Source: Myxococcota bacterium (lineage in GTDB: Bacteria > Myxococcota_A > UBA9160 > UBA6930). Taken from it: a DNA stretch of 64,000 nucleotides. The notes beneath the pieces were generated by a model, which was not told the origin of the DNA, searched no databases, and worked only from the letters and a program-made list of their open reading frames with translations. Where the stretch lies: assembly GCA_965223415.1 (NCBI GenBank), contig OZ245002.1, positions 4,480,001-4,544,000 on the forward strand. Reading direction: 5' to 3'. The translations under genes were made by a program, and so were the position numbers. Below are positions 20,530-31,156 of this stretch, piece by piece. How positions within the stretch are numbered: the first letter of the stretch is position 1; every line of letters starts with the position of its first letter.

Positions 20530-21344
20530 GCGCGCCCGCCGCCGTCGAGCTGCGGGACGTCCGCAAGGCCTTTCGTGGACAGCCGGTGCTGCGCGGGGTG
20601 AGCCTGGCGATCCCGCCCGGCGAGACCTTCACCATCCTCGGCGGCTCCGGTTCCGGGAAGTCGGTGTGTGTGAAGCACATGATCGGGCTCCTCGAAGCCG
20701 ACACCGGCGAGGTGCGGATCGACGGCCGGGACGTCACGCACCTCTCCGAGCGGGGCTGGGTCGACGAGAGGAAGCGTTTCGGCATGGTCTTCCAGGGGGC
20801 GGCGCTGTTCGACTCCCTGAGCGTGTACGAGAACGTCGCCTACCCGATCCGCGAACACCGCCCGGACCCGGAGGCCGAGGTGCGTGCGCGAGTGCGCTGG
20901 TGCCTGGCGGAGGTGGGGCTCCCGGGTATCGAGGAGCTCTTCCCGGCCGAGCTCTCCGGCGGCATGCGCAAGCGGGTCGGCGTGGCTCGGGCGATCGCCC
21001 TCGAGCCCTCGGTGATCCTGTACGACGAGCCCACCACCGGGCTGGACCCGGCGAACTCCCGGCGCATCGGCCGGGTAATCCGCCAGCTCCAACGGGAGCT
21101 CGGGGTCACCTCCGTGGTGGTGACCCACGACATGGAGCTGTGTCACGCGGTCTCGGACCGCATTGCCCTGCTGCGGGACGGGCGCATCGTGGTGGACGGT
21201 CCGGCCGCGGAGCTGGCCGACGGCCGGCACCCCGAGATGCGCGAGTTCCTCGAGGGCACGGGCGATCCCGACGACGGGAGTGACGAGCCGACGCCTCCGG
21301 CCCGCGCGGGCCGGCATCAGGGAGAGGACGCCTCGCATGCCTGA
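20526..21344 (+). CDS. mlaF: MlaF family ABC ATPase
   Basis: GGSGSGKS, FQGAALFDS, LSGGMRKRV, YDEPTTGLDP. Confidence 0.92.
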   Translation: MSAPAAVELRDVRKAFRGQPVLRGVSLAIPPGETFTILGGSGSGKSVCVKHMIGLLEADTGEVRIDGRDVTHLSERGWVDERKRFGMVFQGAALFDSLSVYENVAYPIREHRPDPEAEVRARVRWCLAEVGLPGIEELFPAELSGGMRKRVGVARAIALEPSVILYDEPTTGLDPANSRRIGRVIRQLQRELGVTSVVVTHDMELCHAVSDRIALLRDGRIVVDGPAAELADGRHPEMREFLEGTGDPDDGSDEPTPPARAGRHQGEDASHA

Positions 21345-22281
21345 TCGACGACGCCTGAGCCTGATCGTCGGGACCTTCGTGGTCGCGGCCCTCGTGGTGG
21401 GTGCCCTCGCGGTGCTCTTCCTCGGCGCCCGGGGCGGGATCCTGAACCCGCGCTACCGGCTCGTCACCTACTTCGACGACGTGCAGGGCCTGGTGTCCGG
21501 CGCACCGGTGCGCCTGGCGGGCCGGGACATCGGCTCGGTGGAGTTCGTGAACTTCGCGCCCCTCGGCGGCGACCTGCCGCCGGTCCGGGTGGTGATGCAG
21601 GTGGACGAGTCGGTGCAGGACCGGGTGCGCAGCGATTCGGTGGCTCGCATTGCGACCATCGGGTTGCTCGGCGACAAGTACGTCGAAGTCTCCATGGGCA
21701 CGGCCTTCGGCCGCGTGCTCGAGGACGGCGACGAGCTGGCTTCCGTGAGTCCCCTCGATCTGGGGATGGCGGTGGCGCGCGGCAGCGAGGCCATCGACAA
21801 CATCGCCACCCTGGCGGAGAACGTGAACCGGGTGGTCGAGGAGTTCGGCACGGCCATGGGCGGGCAGAAGGTCGCCGAGGCCACCGGCTCCCTCACCGCG
21901 ATCGTGAGCGAAATCCAGGAGGGAGAGGGCCTGCTCCACAGCCTGATCTACGACTCCTACGAAGGCAGCGGCGTCGAGAGCATCGAGAACTCGCTCGCCA
22001 CCCTCGAGGACATCCTGAACGAGATCGCCAAGGGCGACGGAACGCTCCACCGCCTGATCTACGGCGACGGCGAGGATTCCGACGTGCTCTCGGAGGCACT
22101 GGTGGCGATCCATCAGTTGAACACGATCCTCGGCAAGGTCGATGCGGGAAACGGGACCCTGGGGCTCCTGGTCAACGACCCCGGCCTCTACCACGACCTG
22201 CAGGAGCTGGTCGGCGGCGCCCAACGCAGCCTGGTCGTGCGCTCGTTGATCCGCCTCTCCACCGACGGCGAGGGGGAGTAG
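21337..22281 (+). CDS. mlaD: MlaD/MCE family protein
   Basis: N-terminal TM helix, F.DVQGL..GAPVRLAG, GLLGDKYV, helical tail with GTLGLLVND. Confidence 0.9.
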   Translation: MPDRRRLSLIVGTFVVAALVVGALAVLFLGARGGILNPRYRLVTYFDDVQGLVSGAPVRLAGRDIGSVEFVNFAPLGGDLPPVRVVMQVDESVQDRVRSDSVARIATIGLLGDKYVEVSMGTAFGRVLEDGDELASVSPLDLGMAVARGSEAIDNIATLAENVNRVVEEFGTAMGGQKVAEATGSLTAIVSEIQEGEGLLHSLIYDSYEGSGVESIENSLATLEDILNEIAKGDGTLHRLIYGDGEDSDVLSEALVAIHQLNTILGKVDAGNGTLGLLVNDPGLYHDLQELVGGAQRSLVVRSLIRLSTDGEGE

Positions 22282-22289
22282 CCCCCGCG

Positions 22290-22625
22290 ATGGCGAAGCG
22301 ATGGACTCTCGCCTCGGCCCAGGCCCTCTTCCCGGACGTAAGGGAACGGACCGCCCGCGCCGTCGAAGCGACCGAGGCCCTCGTCGCCCGCCGCGAGCGC
22401 ATCGCCGCGAACACCCCGGAGCGTCGCGCCCTCGAGGAGCAGATCGACGGCGAGGTCTCCCGCTGGGTCCGCGAGATGGAAGCCCTGGGCCTCGAGATCA
22501 AGGGCCTCTGGCTCGTCGACTTCGACACCGGTGGCGGCTACCTCTGCTGGAAGTGGCCCGAAGAACGCCTCGCCTACTTCCACACCTACGAGCAGGGCTA
22601 CGCCGGCCGCACCCCCATCCAATGA
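22290..22625 (+). CDS. DUF2203 family protein
   Basis: G.EIKG..LVDF...YLCWK.PE..L.YFH...GYAGR.P pattern. Confidence 0.85.
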   Translation: MAKRWTLASAQALFPDVRERTARAVEATEALVARRERIAANTPERRALEEQIDGEVSRWVREMEALGLEIKGLWLVDFDTGGGYLCWKWPEERLAYFHTYEQGYAGRTPIQ

Positions 22626-22653
22626 CCGTCAAGTCAGGGGTCGGTTCCGTTTG

Positions 22654-23538
22654 TTAAGTTGTCGGGGCGTAGACGTCGATTCGTAGGGGCGTGGTCGCGT
22701 CGGTGGAGACACGGCAGCTGCCGTGCTTGGCCTCGACGCCGCGGGCCACGTCCTGGGCGAGGGCGAAGAGGGCGGCCAGGAGCTCGGCGGGCGCATCCGG
22801 GAAGGGCGGAGCCGGCTCCGCCGGCTCGACGATCCGGTGGCCCGGTGCGCGAGGCCGGGCCGGGCGCACGACCCGGACCGCGCCACGGGTCTCGAGCACC
22901 TGGTCGCGACTGCCCTCGTCGGCCCGCGGGACATCGCCTGCCGGTACGAGCTCTCCCGCACCGCCGGCGAGATCGCGCAGGAGCTGCTCGCGGATCCCGC
23001 CGCGGAGCTCGGCGCGGGCGCCATAGGCCGGGTGGTCGATCTCGATCGCCGCCTCGGTGCCCGCCTCCGCCAGCGCTGCCGCTGCGTCGCCCGGCACTGG
23101 GAAGCGGACGTAGTGGACCGCGCTGATGCGGTCCTCCTCCATCTGCTTCTCGTCGAAGCTCGCCCGGAGGCGATGGGGGCCGATCTGCAGGTGCAGGGCC
23201 TCGTCGATCCCGACCAGCCGGTCCAGCTCCGGGCGGATCTCGGCCAGGTCGGTGATCTCGATGAAGAGGGTGGCCGAGAGCTCGCCCTCGCCGGGCACGA
23301 GCTCGTTGTAGACGTCGAGCTCGTGCTGGACGGCGGCGGGCTCCCCTAACCCCTCGACACGGCACATCTCCAGCACCTGCCAGCGCACGGTCTCGCGATC
23401 CTCGAAGAGGAGCGTCACGCGATTCCCCACGGCCAGCCGCCGCGCCGCCTTGTGCGCCAGGATCGCCTGGCGGAGGGCGGGACGCAGGCGCTCGAAGCCG
23501 GCGGGGGAGGGCAGCTCCCGGAGCGCGAGCCGCTTCAC
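22654..23538 (-). CDS. DUF3501 family protein with a HIT-like C-terminal extension
   Basis: [40 protein letters not shown]; about 90 extra C-terminal residues with PRAPGH.IV.P. Confidence 0.82.
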   Translation of the reverse strand: MKRLALRELPSPAGFERLRPALRQAILAHKAARRLAVGNRVTLLFEDRETVRWQVLEMCRVEGLGEPAAVQHELDVYNELVPGEGELSATLFIEITDLAEIRPELDRLVGIDEALHLQIGPHRLRASFDEKQMEEDRISAVHYVRFPVPGDAAAALAEAGTEAAIEIDHPAYGARAELRGGIREQLLRDLAGGAGELVPAGDVPRADEGSRDQVLETRGAVRVVRPARPRAPGHRIVEPAEPAPPFPDAPAELLAALFALAQDVARGVEAKHGSCRVSTDATTPLRIDVYAPTT

Positions 23539-24821
23539 TCGGCGGAGATCCCGTAGGCGTGGCGCAGCAGCACCACAGGATGGACCGCCTTGCGCCCGAG
23601 CCCTTCCTCGATCCGCAGGGCCGAGAGCGGGCAGTCCGTCGCCACGTGGTCCGCGCCGGCCTCCTCGATGCCGCCCAGCATCTTCTCGGCCACCTTCAAC
23701 GATTCGGCGTGGAAGCGGGCCTGCATCCCCCAGGTGCCGTCGACCCCGGAGCAGGCGTCCACCAGCACCACCTCGTCGGCGGCGAGCTTCAAGAGATCCC
23801 GGGAGCGGAAGCCGATGTTCTGGGCGCGCAGGTGACACGGAGCGTGGTAGGCCACCGTGCCCAGCGGCACCGAGAAGTCGCGCTGCATCTTCTTGGCCCG
23901 GGCCAGGTGGTAGAGGAACTCCATCAGGTCCTGGGTGTGCTCGGCCACCTTCCGGGCCGCGTCGGTTCCCAGCAGCCGGGGGTACTCCTCCTTCAGCATC
24001 AGCGAGCAGGAAGGCCCGGGCACCACCACCGTCGCGCCGGCCTCCACGTGGGGCAGGAGATCGGTGACGTTGCGCTCCGCGTTGCGGCGGGCCGCGTCCA
24101 GGTCGCCGGTATCCGTGTAGGGCATCCCGCAGCAGCGGTCGTAGGCCAGCTCGACGCGCACGTCGCTGTGCTCCAGCACGAGCACCGCCGAGCGCCCGGC
24201 GATCGGATCGCTGTAGTTGACCGAGCAGGTGGTGAAGAGCACCGCCCGCCCGTTCGCGCCCTCCACCTGGGGGCCGCCCCGCTTGGAGAACCAACGCTCT
24301 ACGGTCTGGAAGCCGTAGCTAGGCTGGACCCAGTCCCGGTGGATGCCGACGGTCTTCTCCATCAGCACCCGGCTGGCCCGGTTGCGATTGGCGAAGTTCA
24401 TGAGCGGCGCCGCGAGGGAGCCCACCTTGCCGATCAGGTCCGTCTGGGTGGTGAGCTTGCGCGACAGGGGCACGCCATGGTGCTTCGCCCGGGCCAGCTG
24501 GTGGCGCCGCATCAGCGCCGGGAAATCCACGTCCCACTCGTGGGGTGGATGGTAGGGACAGTGGTTGAAGCAGAGCTTGCAGTGGTAGCAGAGCTCGTTC
24601 ACCCGATCGAAGCCGTCCATCGTGACGCCCTCGATCTCGCTCTCCGTCGCGTCGACCAGGTCGAAGAGGGTCGGGAACGACGGGCACAACGGCAGACACC
24701 GCCGACACTGGTGGCAGATCTCGCCGACCCGCCGCAGCTCGCGCTCGATCTCCGCGAGGTCGAGGTAGTCCGGGTCGTCGTATCCGATGGTGCTCGGATG
24801 CTCGGGGAGCTCGACCTTCAT
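23535..24821 (-). CDS. Fe-S oxidoreductase (GlpC/CCG-domain, rubrerythrin-associated)
   Basis: [39 protein letters not shown]. Confidence 0.9.
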   Translation of the reverse strand: MKVELPEHPSTIGYDDPDYLDLAEIERELRRVGEICHQCRRCLPLCPSFPTLFDLVDATESEIEGVTMDGFDRVNELCYHCKLCFNHCPYHPPHEWDVDFPALMRRHQLARAKHHGVPLSRKLTTQTDLIGKVGSLAAPLMNFANRNRASRVLMEKTVGIHRDWVQPSYGFQTVERWFSKRGGPQVEGANGRAVLFTTCSVNYSDPIAGRSAVLVLEHSDVRVELAYDRCCGMPYTDTGDLDAARRNAERNVTDLLPHVEAGATVVVPGPSCSLMLKEEYPRLLGTDAARKVAEHTQDLMEFLYHLARAKKMQRDFSVPLGTVAYHAPCHLRAQNIGFRSRDLLKLAADEVVLVDACSGVDGTWGMQARFHAESLKVAEKMLGGIEEAGADHVATDCPLSALRIEEGLGRKAVHPVVLLRHAYGISAE

Positions 24822-24874
24822 GGGGGTCCGTCGGGGCGCCGCCGCGCGGGCGGCGCCCCCGGGAAACGGGTCGC

Positions 24875-25300
24875 CTAGAGGGCCTCGAGCTCGTCCAGGG
24901 CCTTCTGGAACCGCCCGGCGTGGCTCTTCTCGGCCTTCGCCAGGGTCTCGAACCACTCGGCGACGTCGCCGTGGCCCTCGTCCCGGGCGGTCTTGGCCAT
25001 CCCCGGGTACATCTCCGTGTACTCGTAGGTCTCGCCGGCCACCGCCGCCTCGAGATTCTTGTCCGTCGAGCCGATCGGCTTGTCCGTCGCCGGATCGCCG
25101 GCGGCCTTCAGGTAGTCCAGGTGGCCGTGGGCATGGCCCGTCTCGGCCTCGGCCGTGTCGCGGAACAGCCCGCCGACGTCCGGGTAGCCCTCGATGTCCG
25201 CCTGCTTGGCGAAGTACAGATAGCGGCGGTTCGCCTGGGACTCGCCCGCGAACGCGTCCTTGAGATTCTGGTGGGTCTTGCTGCCCTTGAGATCGCCCAT
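24875..25300 (-). CDS. Rubrerythrin (ferritin-like, no rubredoxin domain)
   Basis: [52 protein letters not shown]. Confidence 0.95.
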   Translation of the reverse strand: MGDLKGSKTHQNLKDAFAGESQANRRYLYFAKQADIEGYPDVGGLFRDTAEAETGHAHGHLDYLKAAGDPATDKPIGSTDKNLEAAVAGETYEYTEMYPGMAKTARDEGHGDVAEWFETLAKAEKSHAGRFQKALDELEAL

Positions 25301-25377
25301 GGTCCCTCCGTCGGTTGAAGCGAGGGGCCATGGTAGACACGAGACCTCCGAGCGGCCAGTCGCGCGGGGACGCCCCG

Positions 25378-26616
25378 TCAGACGATCCTCTTCCGGCGCA
25401 GCGCCGCCCGCTCCTCCGCCTCGAATCCCAGCTCGTCCAGGATCTCGTCCGTCTGGGCGCCCAGGGCCGGCGCACCGTGGCGCACCCGGGTGGGTGTTCG
25501 GGAGAACTTCGCGGCCGGGCCCACGACCGGCACGCGCGGGTTCCCTTCCACCTCGGTGGGCTGGAGCATGTCCCGCTCGGTCGTGTGGGGGTCCTGGGCG
25601 GCCTCGGCGTAGGTGCGCACCTTCGCGATCGGCAGGCCCTCGGCCTGGAACGCCCGCTCCGCCTCTTCGCAGGTGCGCCCGGCGCACCAGTCGCGCATCA
25701 GGCCGTCCACGATCTCCCGGCGCTCGAGCCGAGCGGCGGTCGTGGCGTAGCCCGGGTCGTCGGCGAGCTCGGGGCGGCCGATCAGCCGGGCGAGCTTCTT
25801 CCAGTGGGCGTCGACCAGCACGCCGGCCATCACGAGCCCGTTGCTGCACGGGTAGGTGTTCGCCGGGGCGGCGACGCGGAAGGAGTTGCCGAGCCGCGGC
25901 AGGTCGGCGCCCATGGCACCGAGGGTGAGGTAGCCGGTGGACTGGAACAGCATCGCGTCGAGGAGCGCCACGTCCACGTGCTGGCCTTCGCCGGTCCGGT
26001 CCCGGTGGTGGAGGGCCGCCAGGGCGGCCAGTGCACCGTGGAGGCCGCCCAGGTCGTCGCCCAGGAAGGTGGGGGACTTCACCGGCTCGCCGTCGGGGCT
26101 GCCGTTCAGGGAGAGGAAGCCGCTGGCTGCCTGGGCCAGCGGGTCGTAGCCGGCGCGATCGTGGTCCCGGCCGAACTGGCCGAAGCCGCTGATCGACACC
26201 AGGATGAGGTCGTGCTTCATCGCGCGGAGCTCGTTCCAGCCGATGCCCCAGCCCTCGAGGGTGCCGGGCCGGAAGTTCTCGACGACGACGTCCGCCGAGG
26301 CGGCGAGCCGGCGGAAGACGTCCCGGCCCTCCGGGTGGTGCAGATCGAGGGTGAGACTTCGCTTGTTGCGGTTGACCGTCGCCTGCATGAACGAGATCGG
26401 CGGCTCGGTATCGGGAAGGAAGGGAGGCGAGCGCCGCGCCACCTCGCCGCCCGGATGCTCGATCTTGATCACGTCGGCGCCGAAGTCGGCGAGCAGGCAG
26501 GCGCACATCGGCCCCGCCCAGGTCGTGGTCAGCTCGACCACCCGCACGCCGGAGAGGGGCCCGCCGGCGTCGGGCCGGGCTTCCCGGTAGAAGGCGGACT
26601 TCGAGGGGGGGCTCAC
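25378..26616 (-). CDS. CaiB/BaiF family III CoA-transferase
   Basis: AGPMC...[24 protein letters not shown], catalytic GYD. Confidence 0.93.
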   Translation of the reverse strand: MSPPSKSAFYREARPDAGGPLSGVRVVELTTTWAGPMCACLLADFGADVIKIEHPGGEVARRSPPFLPDTEPPISFMQATVNRNKRSLTLDLHHPEGRDVFRRLAASADVVVENFRPGTLEGWGIGWNELRAMKHDLILVSISGFGQFGRDHDRAGYDPLAQAASGFLSLNGSPDGEPVKSPTFLGDDLGGLHGALAALAALHHRDRTGEGQHVDVALLDAMLFQSTGYLTLGAMGADLPRLGNSFRVAAPANTYPCSNGLVMAGVLVDAHWKKLARLIGRPELADDPGYATTAARLERREIVDGLMRDWCAGRTCEEAERAFQAEGLPIAKVRTYAEAAQDPHTTERDMLQPTEVEGNPRVPVVGPAAKFSRTPTRVRHGAPALGAQTDEILDELGFEAEERAALRRKRIV

Positions 26617-27440
26617 GGCCGGGGCTGGCCCGCCCGGAGCCGCGCCAGCGCGCGGTCGACGGCCCGGACGAGGTCCGGATCGTCCGCCGCCCGGGCCCGG
26701 GCCTCCTCGAGCTCCGCGTTCGTGCGGTCCGGCAGGCGGCCTGGATCCTGGGCACCGATCTCGCCCAGGGCGAGGGCGGCCAGGCGGCGGGCCGGTGCGT
26801 CCGTGTCGGTCCGCAGGGTTTCGAGCAGGCGCTCGCCGATCTTGGGCGGGGGCGCCATCAGGGACGCCATCGCCGTGAAGGCGGCGCGGCGCACGCCGTG
26901 GTCGAGGTCCTCGGTCGCCTCCAGCAGCACCTCGGCGGCCTCGGCACGGTCCGGCGCCAGCTCGCGCAGGGCGAAGGTGGCCATGCGCCGCACGACCGGG
27001 CTCTCGTCCGAGCGCACGAGGCCGACCAGCACGCTCAGCACCTCGGCGTGGATGTGCCCCATTTCCACCATCACCCGGGCCGCCGCCCAGCGGACGTCAC
27101 TGTCCGAGCTGGCGAAGGCCTCGACCAGGGCCGGGAGCAGGCGCGGCGTGGGCGGCTCGAGGCGCGCGGCGGTGAAGGCGGCGCGCCAGCGTCGCGCGGG
27201 GTCGTCGCTGTGGAGGGCCGTGCGCACGGCGTCGAGTGCGCTCGGATCGCCGGACTGGTCGGCGATCGCGACCAGCGCGTCCGAGGCGGCGCGGCCCACT
27301 GCCTTGACCGGATCTCCGAGCGCAGCGCCGAGCGCCTCGGTGAGCAGCGGGCCGGAGGGGTCCTCGGCCGCGGAGCGGCAGGCCTCGCGGCGCTCCATCG
27401 GGTCGCGGCTGCCCAGGCGCAGGAGGATCGGGTGCGTCAC
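26613..27440 (-). CDS. HEAT repeat protein
   Basis: Repeated D..VR..AA..L helical motifs; GTG start overlaps the upstream stop. Confidence 0.8.
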   Translation of the reverse strand: MTHPILLRLGSRDPMERREACRSAAEDPSGPLLTEALGAALGDPVKAVGRAASDALVAIADQSGDPSALDAVRTALHSDDPARRWRAAFTAARLEPPTPRLLPALVEAFASSDSDVRWAAARVMVEMGHIHAEVLSVLVGLVRSDESPVVRRMATFALRELAPDRAEAAEVLLEATEDLDHGVRRAAFTAMASLMAPPPKIGERLLETLRTDTDAPARRLAALALGEIGAQDPGRLPDRTNAELEEARARAADDPDLVRAVDRALARLRAGQPRP

Positions 27441-28315
27441 GACTGGAGGCTCCAGGTCGCCGCCGTCGGTGCCGCCCCTTCGCGGGCGACCCGCCCCTCG
27501 CCCTCGAGCTTCATCAGGTGCTGGGTCACGGACTGGGACGCGGCCGCGTGGAGCGCCTCCGGGTAGGCGGCGTAGACGACCTTGACGATCTCCATCGGTC
27601 GCGCCGGCCCCCTCTCCAGCACGGCCACGATCTGGCGCTCTCGCTCGTGGCGGTGGGCGATGTACTCGTCGAGCTTCGCCTTGCCGTCCTCGATCTTCGG
27701 ACCGTGGGCGGGGTAGATGCAGGCGGGCTGCTCGGCGCGCAGGCGCTCGAGGGAGGCCATGTACTGGCCGAGGTCGCCGCTCTCCGCCGGGATCACCGTG
27801 GTACCGACGCCCAGCACGTTGTCGCCGGAGATGAGCGCGCGCTCCTCTTCGAGCATGAAGCACAGATGGTCCGGTGCGTGCCCCGGCGTGTGCAGGGCGC
27901 GAAGGGTGGCGCCCTCGGTCTCGATCACCGAGCCGTCGTCGATCGCCGTGAGCTCCACCTCGAAGCGTTCGTCCACACCGGGCCAGGGCCGCTTGGAGAC
28001 CCGCAGGGGGCCGAAGCGGTCGAGCACCTGGCGCACGCCGCCGATGTGGTCCGGATGCCCGTGGGTGAGCACGATCTCCTGGAAGCCCTCGCAGCCGGAG
28101 CGCTCCATGGCTTGCTCGAGGATCGGCAGGTACGCGTCGACCCCTTGGCCCGGGTCCAGCAGGATCCTCCGCGGGCCGGTGCCGATCAGGTAGGTGTTCG
28201 TCCCGGGGCCGGAGAACGGGCTCGGGTTCTGGCCCAACGCCACGGCGACCCGTTCCGACCAGACGTCCACGTCCGGCAGGGTCATTCCGAGCATGACGGG
28301 GGCGTCGTTCGACAT
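27437..28315 (-). CDS. MBL-fold hydrolase (LACTB2-like)
   Basis: NPSPFSGPGTNTY, THGHPDH, TPGHAPDH, GDNVLG, PAHG; alternative start at 28285. Confidence 0.9.
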   Translation of the reverse strand: MSNDAPVMLGMTLPDVDVWSERVAVALGQNPSPFSGPGTNTYLIGTGPRRILLDPGQGVDAYLPILEQAMERSGCEGFQEIVLTHGHPDHIGGVRQVLDRFGPLRVSKRPWPGVDERFEVELTAIDDGSVIETEGATLRALHTPGHAPDHLCFMLEEERALISGDNVLGVGTTVIPAESGDLGQYMASLERLRAEQPACIYPAHGPKIEDGKAKLDEYIAHRHERERQIVAVLERGPARPMEIVKVVYAAYPEALHAAASQSVTQHLMKLEGEGRVAREGAAPTAATWSLQS

Positions 28316-28352
28316 CAGGCTCTCGGCATGACGGGAGTGTCGTTCGACAGGG

Positions 28353-29720
28353 TCATTCTCCAGCGACGGTCATCTTCGCCACGCGCAGGGCCGGTGCCGC
28401 CACGTTGCCCAGCCACATCAGCTCGTCGCCGATCGCATCCACGTCACAGAGCATATCGCCAAGGTTGCCCGCGATGGTGATCTCCTCCACGGGAAAGGCG
28501 GGCTGGCCGTCCTCGATCCAGAAGCCCTTGGCCCCCCGGGAAAAGTCCCCCGTCACCGGGTTGAATCCGTGGCCGAACATGCCCGTCACGAGCAGCCCTT
28601 TTCCCGTGTCGGCGACGATGTCGTCCAGGCTCCCGGCGGAGCCCGGCTCGAGCCAGAGGTTGGTGGAGCCCACTCCCGGCGCGCTTCCGGCGCTGCGGGT
28701 GGCGTTGCCGGTGCTGGCCAGGCCGAGCTTGCGCGCGGCATAGCAGTCGAGCAGGTACGAGCGCAGCTCGCCTGCCTCCACCAGCACGTTGCGGCGCGTC
28801 GCTTGGCCCTCGCCGTCGAAGGGGCGACTGCCGAGGCCGGCCGGGAGGCGGCCGTCGTCGACGATGTGGATCTCCGGGGCGGCGATGCGTTCGCCCTGCC
28901 GGCCGGCCAGGAAGGAGCTCTTGCGGTAGACGGCGTAGCCGGAGAGGCAGCCGACCAAGCCGCCCAGCAGGCTCCGGGCGGAGGGGCTGTCGAACACCAC
29001 CGGGAACTCGCCGGTCGCCACGCGTCGCGCGCCCAGGTGGCCGAGCGCGCGCTCGGCCGCCCGCGTGCCCACCTTGGCCGGGTCCTCCAGCTGGTCCAGG
29101 GCCCGCGACACCGTGAACCAGTAGTCGGTCTGCATGGCGCCGTCCTCGGAGGCGGCGATCGGCGAGCAGCTGAGCGAGTGGGAGGCGCTCTCGTAGCGGC
29201 CCTCGAAGCCGGCGCTGTTGGCGTAGTGGACGCGCCGGAAGGTCGAGCCCGCGTCGGAGCCCTCGGAGTTGACGATGCGCGGGTCGACCTGGCGCGCGGC
29301 CGCCTCGGCGGCCCGGCCAGCCTCCACGTGGCGCTCGAGGCCCACCTCGCGGTCCCGCGCCTCGAGGAGCGCCAGGTCCGGCGAATCGGCGGCGAAGCCG
29401 CCCTCGGGAAGGCCCGCGTCCGGATCCGGCGCCGTCTCTCGCGCCAGGGCCACGGCTTCCTCGGCCATGCGGGCGATCGCCTCGTCGGAGAGGTCGCTCG
29501 TCGAGGTGATCGCCTGGCGGAGCCCGGAGCCCGGCCCGCCGCCGTTCACGAACACGCGCAGCCCCAGGGTGCGCTCGCGGGCCTGCTTCACGTGCTCGAT
29601 GTCGTCGTCCCGCACGCGCACCTCGGTGGCATCGCTCTCGATGCAGACCGCGTCGGCGCTGTGGGCACCGGCGCGGCCGGCGGCGGCGAGGGCGCGCTCG
29701 GAAGCCGATTCGGCGCTCAT
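28353..29720 (-). CDS. pmbA: Metalloprotease subunit PmbA/TldE
   Basis: FDGEG, NPVTGDFSRGA.GFWIE, EITIAGNL. Confidence 0.9.
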   Translation of the reverse strand: MSAESASERALAAAGRAGAHSADAVCIESDATEVRVRDDDIEHVKQARERTLGLRVFVNGGGPGSGLRQAITSTSDLSDEAIARMAEEAVALARETAPDPDAGLPEGGFAADSPDLALLEARDREVGLERHVEAGRAAEAAARQVDPRIVNSEGSDAGSTFRRVHYANSAGFEGRYESASHSLSCSPIAASEDGAMQTDYWFTVSRALDQLEDPAKVGTRAAERALGHLGARRVATGEFPVVFDSPSARSLLGGLVGCLSGYAVYRKSSFLAGRQGERIAAPEIHIVDDGRLPAGLGSRPFDGEGQATRRNVLVEAGELRSYLLDCYAARKLGLASTGNATRSAGSAPGVGSTNLWLEPGSAGSLDDIVADTGKGLLVTGMFGHGFNPVTGDFSRGAKGFWIEDGQPAFPVEEITIAGNLGDMLCDVDAIGDELMWLGNVAAPALRVAKMTVAGE

Positions 29721-31156
29721 CCCTCGGTGCCCCCCACGGTGAGCTCGTCGACGCGGATCGTCGGGAGCCCGACGCCGACCGGGACGCCCTGGCCGTCCTT
29801 GCCGCAGGTGCCCACGCCCTGGTCGAGCTCGAGGTCGTGGCCGATGCGGCTCACCCGCGTGAGCACGTCGGGCCCATTGCCGATCAGGGTGGCGCCCTTC
29901 ACCGGCTGGGTGAGGCGGCCGTTCTCGATCTTGTAGGCCTCGCTCGCGCTGAACACGAACTTGCCGCTCGTGATGTCGACCTGGCCGCCGCCGAAGGTCA
30001 CCGCGTAGAGGCCGCGCTCGACCGAGCGAAGGATGTCCTCCGGGTCGTCCTCGCCGGCGAGCATGAAGGTGTTGGTCATGCGCGGCATCGGCAGGTGGGC
30101 GTAGCTCTCCCGCCGGCCGTTGCCCGTGGGCGCGTGGCCCATCAGCCGGGCGTTCAGCCGGTCGTGCATGTAGCCCTTCAGGATGCCGTCCTCGATCAGC
30201 ACCGTCCGGCCGGTGGGCGTGCCCTCGTCGTCGACGTTGAGCGAGCCCCGCCGGCCGGGCAGGGTGCCGTCGTCCACCACCGTGACGCCCGGGGCCGCCA
30301 CCCGCTCGCCGATGCGGCCGGCGAAGGCGGAGGTCTCCTTCCGGTTGAAGTCACCCTCGAGGCCGTGTCCCACCGCCTCGTGGAGAAGCACGCCGGGCCA
30401 GCCCGGGCCCAGCACCACGTCGAGGGTGCCGGCGGGGCAGGGCCCCGCCTCCAGGTTCACCAGGGCCAGTCGCACCGCTTCGTCCACGAGCGGCGTCCAG
30501 CCATCGGGCGAGAGCCAGGCGTCCAGGCCCGCCCGTCCGCCGGCGCCCTGGTAGCCCACCTCCCGGCGCCCGTCCTCGTCCTCGGCGATGACCTGCACGT
30601 TCAGCCGGACGAGCGGCTGGACGTCGGTCACCCAGGTGCCGTCGCTGGCCGCGATCATCACGTTGCGGTTCTGGGAGACGACGCTCGCCATCACCTGGCG
30701 GATGCGGGCGTCCTTGGCCCGGGCGTAGGCGTCGATCTCGCCGAGCAGGCCCACCTTCCGGGTCACCGGCACGTCGGTGGGGCTCACGACGACCGGGTAG
30801 AGATCGTGGGTCGGCGCACCGCTCCCGGCGACGGCCACCGGGCCGGCTTCGCGGCCGCCCTCGGAGATGGCCCGCGCGGTCCCCGCCGCGAGCTCCAGGC
30901 TCTCCACCGTGATCTCGTCCGAGTGGGCGTAGCCCTGCCGCTCGCCGGCCTGCACGCGCACGCCGGCCCCCTGCACCAGGTGACGGTCGCCGCTCTTGAC
31001 GATGCCCTCTTCGAGCACCACCGAGTCCTGGGAGGTGTACTCGAAGAAGACGTCCGCGTGGTCGACCCGACGCTCCAGGGCGGTGCCGAGGGTGCGGTCG
31101 AGGGCGCGCTCGTCGATTCCGAAGCGATCGCGGAAGAGCGCCGCCGTCTCGCTCAT
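29717..31156 (-). CDS. tldD: Metalloprotease TldD
   Basis: LLHEAVGHGLEGDFNRK, PRMTNT, GGGQVDITSGKF, CGKDGQ. Confidence 0.95.
   Translation of the reverse strand: MSETAALFRDRFGIDERALDRTLGTALERRVDHADVFFEYTSQDSVVLEEGIVKSGDRHLVQGAGVRVQAGERQGYAHSDEITVESLELAAGTARAISEGGREAGPVAVAGSGAPTHDLYPVVVSPTDVPVTRKVGLLGEIDAYARAKDARIRQVMASVVSQNRNVMIAASDGTWVTDVQPLVRLNVQVIAEDEDGRREVGYQGAGGRAGLDAWLSPDGWTPLVDEAVRLALVNLEAGPCPAGTLDVVLGPGWPGVLLHEAVGHGLEGDFNRKETSAFAGRIGERVAAPGVTVVDDGTLPGRRGSLNVDDEGTPTGRTVLIEDGILKGYMHDRLNARLMGHAPTGNGRRESYAHLPMPRMTNTFMLAGEDDPEDILRSVERGLYAVTFGGGQVDITSGKFVFSASEAYKIENGRLTQPVKGATLIGNGPDVLTRVSRIGHDLELDQGVGTCGKDGQGVPVGVGLPTIRVDELTVGGTEG

Noticed and set aside
24833..24859. 11-bp GC hairpin after rubrerythrin as an intrinsic terminator
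   Set aside because: No U-tract on the coding strand; at most an mRNA-stabilising or attenuating stem.
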